IMG/VR virus record: IMGVR_UViG_3300027863_000019
Span: 1 to 64,000 of that record
Origin: a virus
Length of the DNA stretch: 64,000 bases
Reading direction: 5' to 3' (one strand)
Positions 37,714 to 47,293 of this stretch are shown piece after piece; within the stretch, counting starts at the first letter, position 1; every line of letters starts with the position of its first letter. A model generated the notes under the pieces. The model saw nothing but the letters and a program-made list of their open reading frames with translations, was not told where the DNA came from and did not search any database. The position numbers and the translations under genes were made by a program.

Positions 37714-39201
37714 ATGAAAGATCAACCTGAAATTGAAGTTAAGCCACATGAATCTACAGAGCCGAAAAAGTTTGAGTGGACTTCATGCGGTACATCAAGC
37801 GTATGGTATAATGATTCATTGATATCAACATCGTCATCGTCATATATTTATGGTAACTATTGTGTCGGAAACTGGAATGTCTATCAACCCGGATGTGTGA
37901 TTGTTGGTCCACATTCACCAACGATAGGAGAAGATCCTATGTCTGTGGCTAAAGATTCAACTAATAAGACCTTAAAGGAGTACCTTGAGGAGTTTCAGCA
38001 GGAGTGTAATCTCCTAGATCAGCTGGTCCTCGAGCAAGCTGCGAAGCACAGTAAGAAGTACGAACATGAATTCATTGAATTCAAGAAGGCTTTGGAGTGT
38101 GAAGAGCAAAAAGCTGACTCGCCTATCTACGCGATCGAGTTCGCAACCGCGAAGGTTTTCTTACAGTACTATGCAAACATGGCGTTACAGAAGCCACTGC
38201 CCCAATTAAAGAGCGAGCAAGTGATGCAAGTATCGAAGTATCTCGCGGCTACTATTACGTGTGAGCTTCGACATCGAAATCTGAGGTGCAAGAGCTTTTG
38301 GTCTCGAGCGATTTATTTGTGGGATTTGCTCGATGAGTGGGGTATTAATGATCAGATCAGCCGGCGCGATGCCGGCTTAGCGTTTTTAAGAAGCTCTGCC
38401 GATTGGGATGGCTTCATGATAGAACAATATTTGAGGCTTGGAGCCTACATCTTCGGCGGCAGATGGGAAGGTAGTTATGGTGGTTGGCCGTGGGCTTCAG
38501 TTGCTTGGTATGCAAGCGAGTGGGTCTCCAACGCGATCACTAAAGGTGAGATTCCGGTTATCCTTTGGGAGAAGATGTTAAACGCTGCCCATAATAATGG
38601 GCGGTGGATGAATAAGTTAGGAATGGGAAATGTCATGGGCGTTCTAAACATGGGCGCTAATGCAAGTCCTGCAATCATCACCGGGATCGCAAAGAAAGCC
38701 CTTCTCATTGATAATCCGAATGATTTCCGGAGAATCATTCGGAAGTGGACTCACTGTAGTTTACCTGGTAAAAAGAATGAGCTTGAACTTCCTGATCCTG
38801 GTGTGCTTGTTGACACTACGACCTTCAGACGCAGCAAACGCGAGACCTTTATCAAGAAGATAAAAGAAAAAGAAAAGGAGTTGAAAGAGAAATCCAAAGC
38901 GATCGTTCTTGATGCTCCTGATAAGGCTCCAGTTGAATTGAAGGAAGTTGAGGAAGCGAAGAAACCATCCACTCACGAACAAGTCGATAAGAAACTAACA
39001 GTCAAAGCCGACTTTAAGAAGATTGAAGAAATGGTTATCTTAAAGTCTTCATCATGGAAAGAAATGACATCTAAGAAGGAGGATACGGATCCAAATAAGT
39101 ATTCAACAAAAGACGATGGATTTACATTAGCCGAGGAGTGGACTTTAATGAGACCCCAAACGAAAGAAGGAGGTATCAATGAGCAAGTGGCAACAGGGTA
39201 A
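37714..39201 (+). CDS. Hypothetical protein (495 aa)
   Basis: CELRH, YGGWPW, HNNG motifs; charged C-terminal tail. Confidence 0.75.
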   Translation: MKDQPEIEVKPHESTEPKKFEWTSCGTSSVWYNDSLISTSSSSYIYGNYCVGNWNVYQPGCVIVGPHSPTIGEDPMSVAKDSTNKTLKEYLEEFQQECNLLDQLVLEQAAKHSKKYEHEFIEFKKALECEEQKADSPIYAIEFATAKVFLQYYANMALQKPLPQLKSEQVMQVSKYLAATITCELRHRNLRCKSFWSRAIYLWDLLDEWGINDQISRRDAGLAFLRSSADWDGFMIEQYLRLGAYIFGGRWEGSYGGWPWASVAWYASEWVSNAITKGEIPVILWEKMLNAAHNNGRWMNKLGMGNVMGVLNMGANASPAIITGIAKKALLIDNPNDFRRIIRKWTHCSLPGKKNELELPDPGVLVDTTTFRRSKRETFIKKIKEKEKELKEKSKAIVLDAPDKAPVELKEVEEAKKPSTHEQVDKKLTVKADFKKIEEMVILKSSSWKEMTSKKEDTDPNKYSTKDDGFTLAEEWTLMRPQTKEGGINEQVATG

Positions 39202-39853
39202 GCAACCCACAGGTTTTAAACACGGTGAGGGATCGAATCTTCCCGCGGCTTCTATAAGGGGAAGCTATTGGGATAAGTGGAACAAAGGCTCCAGCTATAG
39301 AAGTGCTATAGCTTCCTGTAGGCCACATCAAGAGTGGTTAAAGATCGGCAACGACGAAGAGTCTTATGAAGTTTGGTTGAAGTCGGCCGGCGGCTACATT
39401 CACAAAGACGTTGATATCTTTCTGGATCTCGCGTTGGCGTATAACGCCAAGACGATTCCACCAGACCTCACAAAATACTTACCATCCAATGCGGTAAAGA
39501 CGCGGAGAGTCTGTTACGTGATCGACGATGGAAAGACCGATCCATACATTGGTGAATTCATTCTTAATATGCTCCGTGACGGACTCAAGCTTGGTTGGGG
39601 TTGCATCGGCGGTCACGGTAGAACAGGTTGGGTAGCCGCGAAGGTGCATCAAATGATCACCGGCTGCACTGGTGATGAAGCGGTAGCTTACATTCGTAAG
39701 AACTATTGCGATAACGCGATAGAGACACAAATCCAGTTGGATGACTTGGGGGCTAAGACATCGAAGCCGGGAAAGTTTGAGTGCTCGGTAGTGCATGTTC
39801 GAAGCTACGAGACGGTTGGTTTTGATCCAGAAAGTGGAACTCCGCTACGCTGA
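39179..39853 (+). CDS. PTP / dual-specificity phosphatase-like protein
   Basis: CX5R motif GCIGGHGRTG; AVAYIRKNYC..AIET..Q. Confidence 0.85.
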   Translation: MSKWQQGKQPTGFKHGEGSNLPAASIRGSYWDKWNKGSSYRSAIASCRPHQEWLKIGNDEESYEVWLKSAGGYIHKDVDIFLDLALAYNAKTIPPDLTKYLPSNAVKTRRVCYVIDDGKTDPYIGEFILNMLRDGLKLGWGCIGGHGRTGWVAAKVHQMITGCTGDEAVAYIRKNYCDNAIETQIQLDDLGAKTSKPGKFECSVVHVRSYETVGFDPESGTPLR

Positions 39854-39861
39854 GAAGAGGT

Positions 39862-39906
39862 TCAAATCCTCCAAACTATAACTTAAAACTAGTTTGGAGG
39901 ATTTGA
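39862..39906. other. 17-bp perfect inverted repeat
   Basis: TCAAATCCTCCAAACTA-N11-TAGTTTGGAGGATTTGA. Confidence 0.75.
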
Positions 39907-40075
39907 GCAATGCTAAAGAAATATTTTAAATGAAATCGAAAAATGTACCGTGCGATGACATTCACAGCATCGCAAGCTTACATCAGAGATGTTTAATTGG
40001 AAGAAGTTTTAAACCGGCTAAACCCGAAGGTACCTTCGGCTAAGCATAACCCAAATCTCTCGAGGGAGGAACATC

Positions 40076-40324
40076 ATGGCCGTACAAAAAGTAAAATCTT
40101 GGGCTGGTACCAACGAGTATTACGTTGGTAATAACTGCTTTCGTATCCGGAAGCTCGGAAGCGACCGCGTGCGTTTGCATCTACGTCGTGATATTGTCCG
40201 CGTTCGCGATGAGTATATCGCGGTCGATCCGAAGGTGGAAGATCTGATTGCCGCCTTCAAGGAGCTCGATCTGCTTCCCGAAGAAGTAGCCAAGCCATAC
40301 AAAGACCCGTTTGAAGACTGCTAA
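40076..40324 (+). CDS. Hypothetical protein
   Basis: GGAGG SD, followed by terminator. Confidence 0.7.
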   Translation: MAVQKVKSWAGTNEYYVGNNCFRIRKLGSDRVRLHLRRDIVRVRDEYIAVDPKVEDLIAAFKELDLLPEEVAKPYKDPFEDC

Positions 40325-40335
40325 ATGGGTGTAGC

Positions 40336-40373
40336 AAGATAGGAGGAACTCTTTAGAGGGTTCCTCCTATCTT
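40336..40373 (+). terminator. Long stem-loop terminator
   Basis: AAGATAGGAGGAACTCT...AGGGTTCCTCCTATCTT. Confidence 0.75.
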
Positions 40374-40620
40374 TCGTTATGTAATCTTTGTGAGTTAGCA
40401 TTCTGTCTTCTTCCTACTACTATTAGTGAGAATTGTCCCAACTTCCTCAGTGGGGAGGAGTGTGCTCAATATTCTTTTGTCGACTCTATAAAGTTTCTGG
40501 AAATAGAAAAATTAATCAAAATAGACGTTGTAACCAAAGAAAGGATTGTCAAATATACTTTTAAATTTTTTGATGCGTCGCATCTCTATTTTTTTATATA
40601 TACATATATTTTAATTTTTT

Positions 40621-40701
<81 letters not shown>

Positions 40702-41114
40702 TATACCCCACGGTCGTTGTTTTTTTTTTTAGAATAGATTTTAATTGGGAATGGGAAAGTTTAAAGGGAAGGAGGAAGATTATGAAAAAAGGGCCCGATC
40801 ATAATTATTTTTGACTTCGTAGAAGTTGAGGCCTCGACTAGCTTCCCAGAAATAGAACCGAAGCTTTCTACTTCAGCAGAGAGAGAGAGAGCATTCACAA
40901 ACTTTGATAGCGGGGAAGTCGATTAAAAAAACATCGTAATAGGAGGCCATAAGTGGAAGGTAGAGAAATGCAGAAACGGATGAGACGATCAAAAATCGTT
41001 CTCTTCGTCATCACCGGCGCAATCATTATAGCGGAGATATTCAAGTTCTTCTTCGATCATCAATGAACGACTCATATGATAATTCACTTCCTGTTGCAGC
41101 TCTTGACTTTTCTT

Positions 41115-41182
41115 GGTCCTATAGCTCAACAGTAGAGCAGACTCCTCATTAGACTTAGGTTCAATTCCTAACAGGACTATCA
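41115..41182 (+). pseudogene. Degenerate tRNA (CAT anticodon, Met/Ile2-like)
   Basis: GGTCCTATAGCTCAACAGTAGAGCA...CTCATTA...GGTTCAATTCC...AGGACT; anticodon stem broken, no CCA. Confidence 0.6.
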
Positions 41183-41184
41183 CA

Positions 41185-41526
41185 TTGAAAGACAGAATTG
41201 GTAAACCATTCCATACTTTCGGTCAATTCAGTACTGTAAGATCTCATAAACCGGTTTGTAAGATATCCTGTCCTGCATGTAATCATATAAGTTATTCACA
41301 TTATATCCCTGGTTCATGTATTTCTATAACTTGCGTTAATTGTGAAACTAAGTTTATGGGAACTGTTGAACTTGGTAAGTGTGGCGAATGTGAACAAAGA
41401 GTTCGCTGTCTCGGCTTAATACCAGTTAAGTTTGAAACAGTTGATGATAATTTCGATCGTATTCCATCTGAAAATATTTCAACCTCAACTGGGGTTTTTG
41501 ATGTTTTGCGGAAGCGTTTCATTTAG
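41185..41526 (+). CDS. 7-Cys family protein
   Basis: CPAC...CVNC...CGECEQRVRCLGLIP. Confidence 0.75.
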   Translation: MKDRIGKPFHTFGQFSTVRSHKPVCKISCPACNHISYSHYIPGSCISITCVNCETKFMGTVELGKCGECEQRVRCLGLIPVKFETVDDNFDRIPSENISTSTGVFDVLRKRFI

Positions 41527-41599
41527 GTATCACGATTAATATCGTGACTCACAGATTCTTTGAAAAGCAGTTAAAGGTGAGTCCACGCGTTAGGTCGCA

Positions 41600-41974
41600 A
41601 TGAAAATTCCCAGTAAGCTTAGAAAAATCTTGAATGGATTACCGCCATGCCAAGAAAAACAAATCTCGACTTGGTATCACTCTCCGCAAACAGTAGAACC
41701 GTTTATCTTTTGTAAGGATCACGCTTGCGAAGAATGTATACTTCATAAAGCGACTATGATTACTAAATGCCCTTATTGTGGTACTTCAGTAGCAACAACT
41801 GTAGTCGTAGCTAAGAATGGATTTACATTATGTAGAATTGTGCAATGTGTTTGTAGACAACAATTTCGTGTAGTCTTTTGTGACATCTTTTGCAACTCTT
41901 GTAAATGTAAAGCGCAGTGTCTTTCAGTTCCTGCCGTGAAGCCTGATATTAGACTTCATGAAAAAATTAAATGA
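41600..41974 (+). CDS. 7-Cys family protein
   Basis: CPYC...CVC..QFRVVF...CNSCKCKAQCLSVP. Confidence 0.75.
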   Translation: MKIPSKLRKILNGLPPCQEKQISTWYHSPQTVEPFIFCKDHACEECILHKATMITKCPYCGTSVATTVVVAKNGFTLCRIVQCVCRQQFRVVFCDIFCNSCKCKAQCLSVPAVKPDIRLHEKIK

Positions 41975-42060
41975 TTGTAACTTTTTACTTGACTTTCTAT
42001 CTCAGATAAGACAAATTGAATTAACAATAGGAGGAGGTCTATTGGAAGGAAATAAAAACT

Positions 42061-42543
42061 ATGAGCTTAAAATTTATTGGTAAGGTAGGACGTAATTTCG
42101 GTTACGGATTTAAAGTGGTTAGAAGAATTGATGACAATACATTCGCACCGTATTTCGAATATTTTTTAAGAGGTGGAGGAGGACCAACTGTATTACCAGA
42201 TAATCCAACACCTGAATTCATGCGGCGAATAGTTAAAACGAAAATTACATATCGGATGTTTGAGAAGGCAAGACTTCGACATCGTCGATTAACTCGAACG
42301 ATGGTTCCTCCAGAGAAGATTTATTTAGCAGGATTTCATCTTTGGAAGGATTTAGATTATGCTAAAGAGCGACTCGAAGTTTTAAAGATCTTCAGTCCAG
42401 AGTTAGATCTTGCGCTGGTCAAATGTAGCTGGTCACAACCAATAGCTGCTGATGACGATACAGTGGTAGTAAAATCGTTTACTCCACTGGAGGAAATCAC
42501 AACTCAGGAGGTTGTTCATGCTCAAGAAGAAGGCAGGCGGTAA
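42061..42543 (+). CDS. Hypothetical protein
   Basis: GYGFKVV...YLAGFHLW pattern; TTGACT promoter-like site upstream. Confidence 0.7.
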   Translation: MSLKFIGKVGRNFGYGFKVVRRIDDNTFAPYFEYFLRGGGGPTVLPDNPTPEFMRRIVKTKITYRMFEKARLRHRRLTRTMVPPEKIYLAGFHLWKDLDYAKERLEVLKIFSPELDLALVKCSWSQPIAADDDTVVVKSFTPLEEITTQEVVHAQEEGRR

Positions 42544-42931
42544 GCGGTTTTGGTTTAGCTTAGATACTCCTTATAAGATGGCTATGGCTTGTAAGAGTAT
42601 CCGGCCGTATTTTACAGCTCATCAAATCGCAGAGGCAACTGGTCTCGCCTTTTCTCATGTCGCCAAAACGTTGCACGTGTGGAAGAACGCCGGCCTTATC
42701 GAAGATACCGGCATTGGCAAGCGCGGAGAAGGAAGGCAATCACCACCATTCTTTCTTTACTCCACCACTAAGGTCTTCGACGCTCGCTTGAAAGAAGCTA
42801 CCGCTAAGCGGCTTGCAACTTCTTCGAAAGTTGAAAAACCGGAGCTTGTAGAGACGATTCCTTCACTAGTGCTGGCTCACTTGAAGAAAATCTCTAAAAG
42901 CTTCCAAGAATTGGATAAGCTCATCGGGTAA
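42512..42931 (+). CDS. Winged-helix DNA-binding protein
   Basis: FTAHQIAEATGLAFSHVAKTL..W..AGLIE. Confidence 0.7.
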   Translation: MFMLKKKAGGKRFWFSLDTPYKMAMACKSIRPYFTAHQIAEATGLAFSHVAKTLHVWKNAGLIEDTGIGKRGEGRQSPPFFLYSTTKVFDARLKEATAKRLATSSKVEKPELVETIPSLVLAHLKKISKSFQELDKLIG

Positions 42932-42934
42932 CAC

Positions 42935-43345
42935 TTGTTATACTTAGTACACGCCTGCACACGTCAAGTTGGAGACAGAATCATTAGCCTTTGTGGCGGA
43001 TGGTGCTGCTACAAGTTGGACTTTAGTCAATTTCCAAACGGAAGGTGGTTTGGAGAGCATTGTTCCTCCCTCATCGACGGGATATGCTCAGACTATGAAA
43101 CACGTCCCTTGGCGTGTGTAGGTGCTCCATTTTACGACGGAAGCTTTGAAGAATACCCACCGAATAAGTTTATTGTTCCGTGGTGTTGTTTTCGTAAGCC
43201 GATCCTTGATAGGTTTGGTATCCCATATGAAATCTTACCAACCGGCGATGATTGTATTATCGCTTATACTGAACAAGGTTTAGGTGATTTCGAAAGATGG
43301 CAAGCAAGAAGGTTTTACCAGAAGCAGACAATATTTTGGGAATAA
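42935..43345 (+). CDS. YkgJ/CxxCxxCC-like Cys-cluster protein, paralog of 50786
   Basis: CGGWCC...CSSL..GIC..YETRPLAC. Confidence 0.7.
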   Translation: MLYLVHACTRQVGDRIISLCGGWCCYKLDFSQFPNGRWFGEHCSSLIDGICSDYETRPLACVGAPFYDGSFEEYPPNKFIVPWCCFRKPILDRFGIPYEILPTGDDCIIAYTEQGLGDFERWQARRFYQKQTIFWE

Positions 43346-43372
43346 GACAAATTTTGTTTAGGATTAACTCAC

Positions 43373-43735
43373 ATGAAATGGGACGACGTAAAAGACCAAT
43401 TCTTTCAAGCAGCCGACAGGCTGAACGCGAATGTCGACTACATTACCAGAGTCGGACAGGCATTTGAAGACTTAGTAAAAATTCTTTACGAGAGAGAACC
43501 GAACTCTTGTATTGATCAAATCAATAAAGATGCGGAAGTAATCGGACAGATCTTCACTGTTGAAGATCCCGAGAAAGTACCTGTTGATGCAATTAATGCA
43601 TCGTCTCAAGCTCTCACCAACACTCAGAAGTTTCTTTTTACCTTTCTTCGAGTAGCAGCTTTTTTTCAAGCTCATACTGCATCGGGAGCGGATCCCTCAG
43701 ACTTTACGATGCCGCCGGATGCAAAGGTACACTAA
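43373..43735 (+). CDS. Hypothetical protein
   Basis: 120-aa ORF. Confidence 0.7.
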   Translation: MKWDDVKDQFFQAADRLNANVDYITRVGQAFEDLVKILYEREPNSCIDQINKDAEVIGQIFTVEDPEKVPVDAINASSQALTNTQKFLFTFLRVAAFFQAHTASGADPSDFTMPPDAKVH

Positions 43736-43737
43736 TC

Positions 43738-44166
43738 ATGTCCTTTAAAGTTTATGTAACTTGCCCTCGCTGTTTTAAAACAGTGGAGACGAAGCTCTCG
43801 GCTTTCTTTGGAGAAGGAAAGACTGAAGTTGAAGGATTTTGTACTTCGTGCTGTAAGCCTTTTATCTTCTCCGCAAGTTTCAGTACTGCGCTAGTTGACC
43901 AAGTTAAAATTCACAAAGCAGATGATTTACAGGTGTCTGCGGCTTTTAAAAATTTCGACAAGGCCCAACCTCGGCGCGAACAAAACAAGCGAATTAGGAT
44001 GTGGCGGACGATCGCTTCGGCTTGTAAGAGAATGAAACGAGTCGTTGATTTGATCGCAGGGGAAGTTCCTGCATGTGCACAACAGATGGAATTACTCCAC
44101 AACCACGTTAAGTATACTCGCGCGAGGTTAAAAGCTGAAGGAGTAATTTCAGATGGCAAAGGGTGA
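43738..44166 (+). CDS. Zinc-ribbon protein, paralog of 44855
   Basis: CPRC...FFGEG...FCTSC. Confidence 0.7.
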   Translation: MSFKVYVTCPRCFKTVETKLSAFFGEGKTEVEGFCTSCCKPFIFSASFSTALVDQVKIHKADDLQVSAAFKNFDKAQPRREQNKRIRMWRTIASACKRMKRVVDLIAGEVPACAQQMELLHNHVKYTRARLKAEGVISDGKG

Positions 44167-44848
44167 AGATATCGTAAAGATCCTTATGGATCATGAAGGC
44201 GATGAATATATCTTTGGGGCGTTGACTCCGGTTGGTGCAGAAGATCCTCACGTCTTCGATTGTAGTAAGTTTGTTTCTTGGGGTGTTTATCAAGCATCCA
44301 AAATTATCTACGGTTGTGAGAATGATGATGGTGATCCCATGTCGCAATATGGTGGAACCATTTATTGGGGCCGTGATGTTAAAACAAAGGGAAAAGCCAT
44401 CTCTATCGAACAAGCAGCTGGGATTCCTGGAGCAGCTCTGCTAAGATTAGCTTCAGGTAGTGAATATGGTCATATCGTAGTAAGTCAAGGAAACGGTAAA
44501 ACGATTGAAGCTGCAAGTCACTCGTTAGGCGTAGTACAGTTATCTGTACATAATCGTCGTTGGACAACTGGAGTTCTTGTTCCTGGAATTCAGTATGATA
44601 CTTCATACTCCCCAGTTCCAGTAACTCCACATGGTGTAGTTTATCATATTGGAATGACGGATCCCGCGATTGCGAAGATCCAAGAATTCTTGAAAGTTAC
44701 TCCCGCGAGTGGAATTTTTGGTCCTAAGACTGAACAAGCGGTTATGAACTTTCAAAAGAATTACGTCGATCCAGCTGGTAAGTTACATCTAATCGTAGAT
44801 GGTGAAGTTGGTCCTCTAACTCTTCAAGCAATGGGTATCACTGTTTAA
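44153..44848 (+). CDS. Endolysin: NlpC/P60-like catalytic domain plus peptidoglycan-binding domain
   Basis: YIFGA...FDCS, GHIVVS..G.TIEA; GIFGPKTEQAV..FQ...DGEVGPLT. Confidence 0.85.
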   Translation: MAKGEDIVKILMDHEGDEYIFGALTPVGAEDPHVFDCSKFVSWGVYQASKIIYGCENDDGDPMSQYGGTIYWGRDVKTKGKAISIEQAAGIPGAALLRLASGSEYGHIVVSQGNGKTIEAASHSLGVVQLSVHNRRWTTGVLVPGIQYDTSYSPVPVTPHGVVYHIGMTDPAIAKIQEFLKVTPASGIFGPKTEQAVMNFQKNYVDPAGKLHLIVDGEVGPLTLQAMGITV

Positions 44849-44854
44849 ACATCA

Positions 44855-45403
44855 ATGGCTAGAACATTCTCGAAGGGTTTCGAACTCACAGGATTTAGAG
44901 CTCGAAACCCTTTAGATCCTTCTATGACCCTATTCCTTGTAGTCAAGTGTCCTAATTGTCAAAGGTTAATAAGGTTCTCATTGAACGGTATATTTGGTGA
45001 AGGTTGGTCCATGAGAACCTTTTTCTGTAAAGGGTGCAATCAAACTCACGCAATCACGATGTTCTTTGAATCGAAGACAGGAACAGTATTAAGTGACACT
45101 GCTAATTATACTAATCTAACTGAATCTCTTCTTAGGGCGAGTGGATCACGCCAACTTCATAAAGCCCATTCGCTTTTGCCAGGTCAAGTGAGATTAGATG
45201 ATCCTGCTAAGATGTTAGGTTATCCAACTGCAACGCTCGCAAAGTTTCTATCTATCTATGTAAAAACATTTGAAAAGCATGTAAATAGCACCATTTGGGA
45301 AAAGAAGCTTCATCCTATCGAAGTAGAGAGCCTCAAGATGATCAGTAGTATTTTACTATGCATGAAAAATATGCTGAAAAAATTTACCGGGGAGGAACCT
45401 TAA
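44855..45403 (+). CDS. Zinc-ribbon protein, paralog of 43738
   Basis: CPNC...IFGEG...FCKGC. Confidence 0.7.
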   Translation: MARTFSKGFELTGFRARNPLDPSMTLFLVVKCPNCQRLIRFSLNGIFGEGWSMRTFFCKGCNQTHAITMFFESKTGTVLSDTANYTNLTESLLRASGSRQLHKAHSLLPGQVRLDDPAKMLGYPTATLAKFLSIYVKTFEKHVNSTIWEKKLHPIEVESLKMISSILLCMKNMLKKFTGEEP

Positions 45404-45734
45404 AATGGGACTTCAGTTAACAATGAATGTTCAATATGATCCAAATATAGACATTTACTTTATCAATGGTGCTAGTAGCGAGATCTTCGAGAAGATGGAT
45501 ACCGCCGATCCTATAGCAGATCATTTAAAGTTTATGGAACTTCAAGGGCAGAAATTCAATGACTTGAAATATCTACTTGAATTACTAAAGTCGTTTGGAT
45601 TTCAATACATTATCCGTGGAAAGCGTGCGGCAGATAAATTGATTTGCTAATTCAAAGGAGTCTTGCTTCGAAATACCATCTCAAGTTATAATACTCTCAT
45701 CGATTGACAAATTCGAGGTGGGAGGAATCCTGCG

Positions 45735-46325
45735 GTGACAGCAAAGACGCATGATGAATTGGTATTAGAAAATCGCGGCTTTGTTTATGACATGGCCAAG
45801 AACTACTCTTCGAGTGGAGTTCCATTTAATGATCTTGTGAACGCTGGAATGTTGGGCTTAGTAATTGCAGCGAAGAAGTACGATGAGAAACGCGAAGTAA
45901 AGTTTATCTCCTTTGCTACTTGTTGGGTCCAACATGAAATGATAAAAGTTATTCGCGAGACAAGATTTCCTTGTCGCGTTCCTTTAAACCTTAACAAAGT
46001 TATTAATCAAGCAAGACGCGGGGAGCTCGAAGATAATGATCCAACATTAGTAGATATCATGCCTCTATTAAAGACTCCGGAGGCGTTACAGCTTAATGAC
46101 ACTGTAACATTTGGTCAAGGAGTTGTAGATAAGGTAAGTATCCGACAAGCTCTTGAGGCTGTGGATTATAGAACGCGTGAAATGATTAAGATGTTATTTG
46201 GGATTGATAGAAATGATTCTTGCAACATCCCAGAAATATCTGAAGCGTTTCATCTTTCAAAACAACGAGTCCGGAACATTATCAAAGCCGGACTCGTTAT
46301 CATCAAGAAAACCTTGGAAAGATAG
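45735..46325 (+). CDS. Sigma70-family RNA polymerase sigma factor
   Basis: DLVNAGMLGL..AA.KYD....KFISFA..W; region 4 EISEAFHLSKQRVRNI. Confidence 0.88.
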   Translation: MTAKTHDELVLENRGFVYDMAKNYSSSGVPFNDLVNAGMLGLVIAAKKYDEKREVKFISFATCWVQHEMIKVIRETRFPCRVPLNLNKVINQARRGELEDNDPTLVDIMPLLKTPEALQLNDTVTFGQGVVDKVSIRQALEAVDYRTREMIKMLFGIDRNDSCNIPEISEAFHLSKQRVRNIIKAGLVIIKKTLER

Positions 46326-46327
46326 TT

Positions 46328-46504
46328 ATGAGAATCTGCGATCACTGTCACGGTAAAGGAAAGTTTGAGGCGCATGATCTTGAGTATGAAGGTAAAACTA
46401 TTCATGTGCCTGAACTAAAATGTCATGCTTGTGATGGTAAAGGTTATATCGTTGCGCCTCAAATGGGTGAAGGCCATCCTCCAGTCATAGGGTGCAAACT
46501 ATGA
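46328..46504 (+). CDS. Small DnaJ-type zinc-finger protein
   Basis: CDHCHGKG...CHACDGKG. Confidence 0.65.
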   Translation: MRICDHCHGKGKFEAHDLEYEGKTIHVPELKCHACDGKGYIVAPQMGEGHPPVIGCKL

Positions 46505-46646
46505 GATTTCTAACAACTCATGACAAATTTAGTTTCGTAAAGAGCGGTCTACGTATTGTAGGCTGTCTTTGTCTTTGGTGGTCAACCTCAATGTTTATTG
46601 TCTTTATGGTAGCGGCTGAAGTCCTAGGAATTATGGAAGAATTATA

Positions 46647-46913
46647 ATGATAAAGAATTCAGATATTCCAATCGTATACCCAAAACGTGAAGTAGCCAAG
46701 ATCTTTCGGATTTCAGTTAAACGATTGAATGTCTTAATCAATGAAGGGTCGATCAAAGTAATCGATCTTGCAGGAAAGATTTTAATTCCAAGAAGTGAGA
46801 TTGAAAGAATTCTCGGCGCTGATCTACGTTATGTAGATCTATCTGGACTTGGAGTTAGAATTAAAAGAAAAACCTTACCTGTGAAGACGGGTGAAATACG
46901 CGTGCTAAAATAA
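46647..46913 (+). CDS. Excisionase-like HTH protein
   Basis: EVAKIFRIS...LINEGSIK..LAGKILIPRSEIER. Confidence 0.75.
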   Translation: MIKNSDIPIVYPKREVAKIFRISVKRLNVLINEGSIKVIDLAGKILIPRSEIERILGADLRYVDLSGLGVRIKRKTLPVKTGEIRVLK

Positions 46914-47070
46914 AGAGTTACCGCCCTAGATGCAGTTTTGTTGTTAATTGTTTATGGTCTAAAGAATGTCACGCATGGTGTACGCATTGCGAGATAAAAT
47001 TAATTCAACCTTTTTGCTGACTGTAATAACTTGTGAATATAATCCAGCTTAATGTCTAGGGTATCAGAGA

Positions 47071-47289
47071 GTGATAGAAAGTACGCCCATCTATGGATGG
47101 ATGTGTCCAAGATGCAATAGATTAATAACAACAATCGAATCTTGGCCAGCTCAAACTGATCAATGCCGTTTGTATTGTCAAAGATGTAACATAAAGGTTG
47201 TGATTAAGACTCATGACCTTTGTGATGCGTGTGATGCAAGAGTTGAATGCTTGGGATTGTCTCAAGCAATTAGAAAATTACTGGATTAA
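47071..47289 (+). CDS. 7-Cys family protein
   Basis: CPRC...CQRC...CDACDARVECLGL. Confidence 0.7.
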   Translation: MIESTPIYGWMCPRCNRLITTIESWPAQTDQCRLYCQRCNIKVVIKTHDLCDACDARVECLGLSQAIRKLLD

Positions 47290-47293
47290 TAAA

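Noticed and set aside
39855-39875. tRNA T-arm-like GGTTCAAATCC
   Set aside because: No other tRNA arms; better explained as one arm of the 17-bp inverted repeat
46647-46913. Evidence of an integrated prophage from the excisionase-like HTH
   Set aside because: No integrase, att site or host flank is visible; such HTH proteins are common regulators
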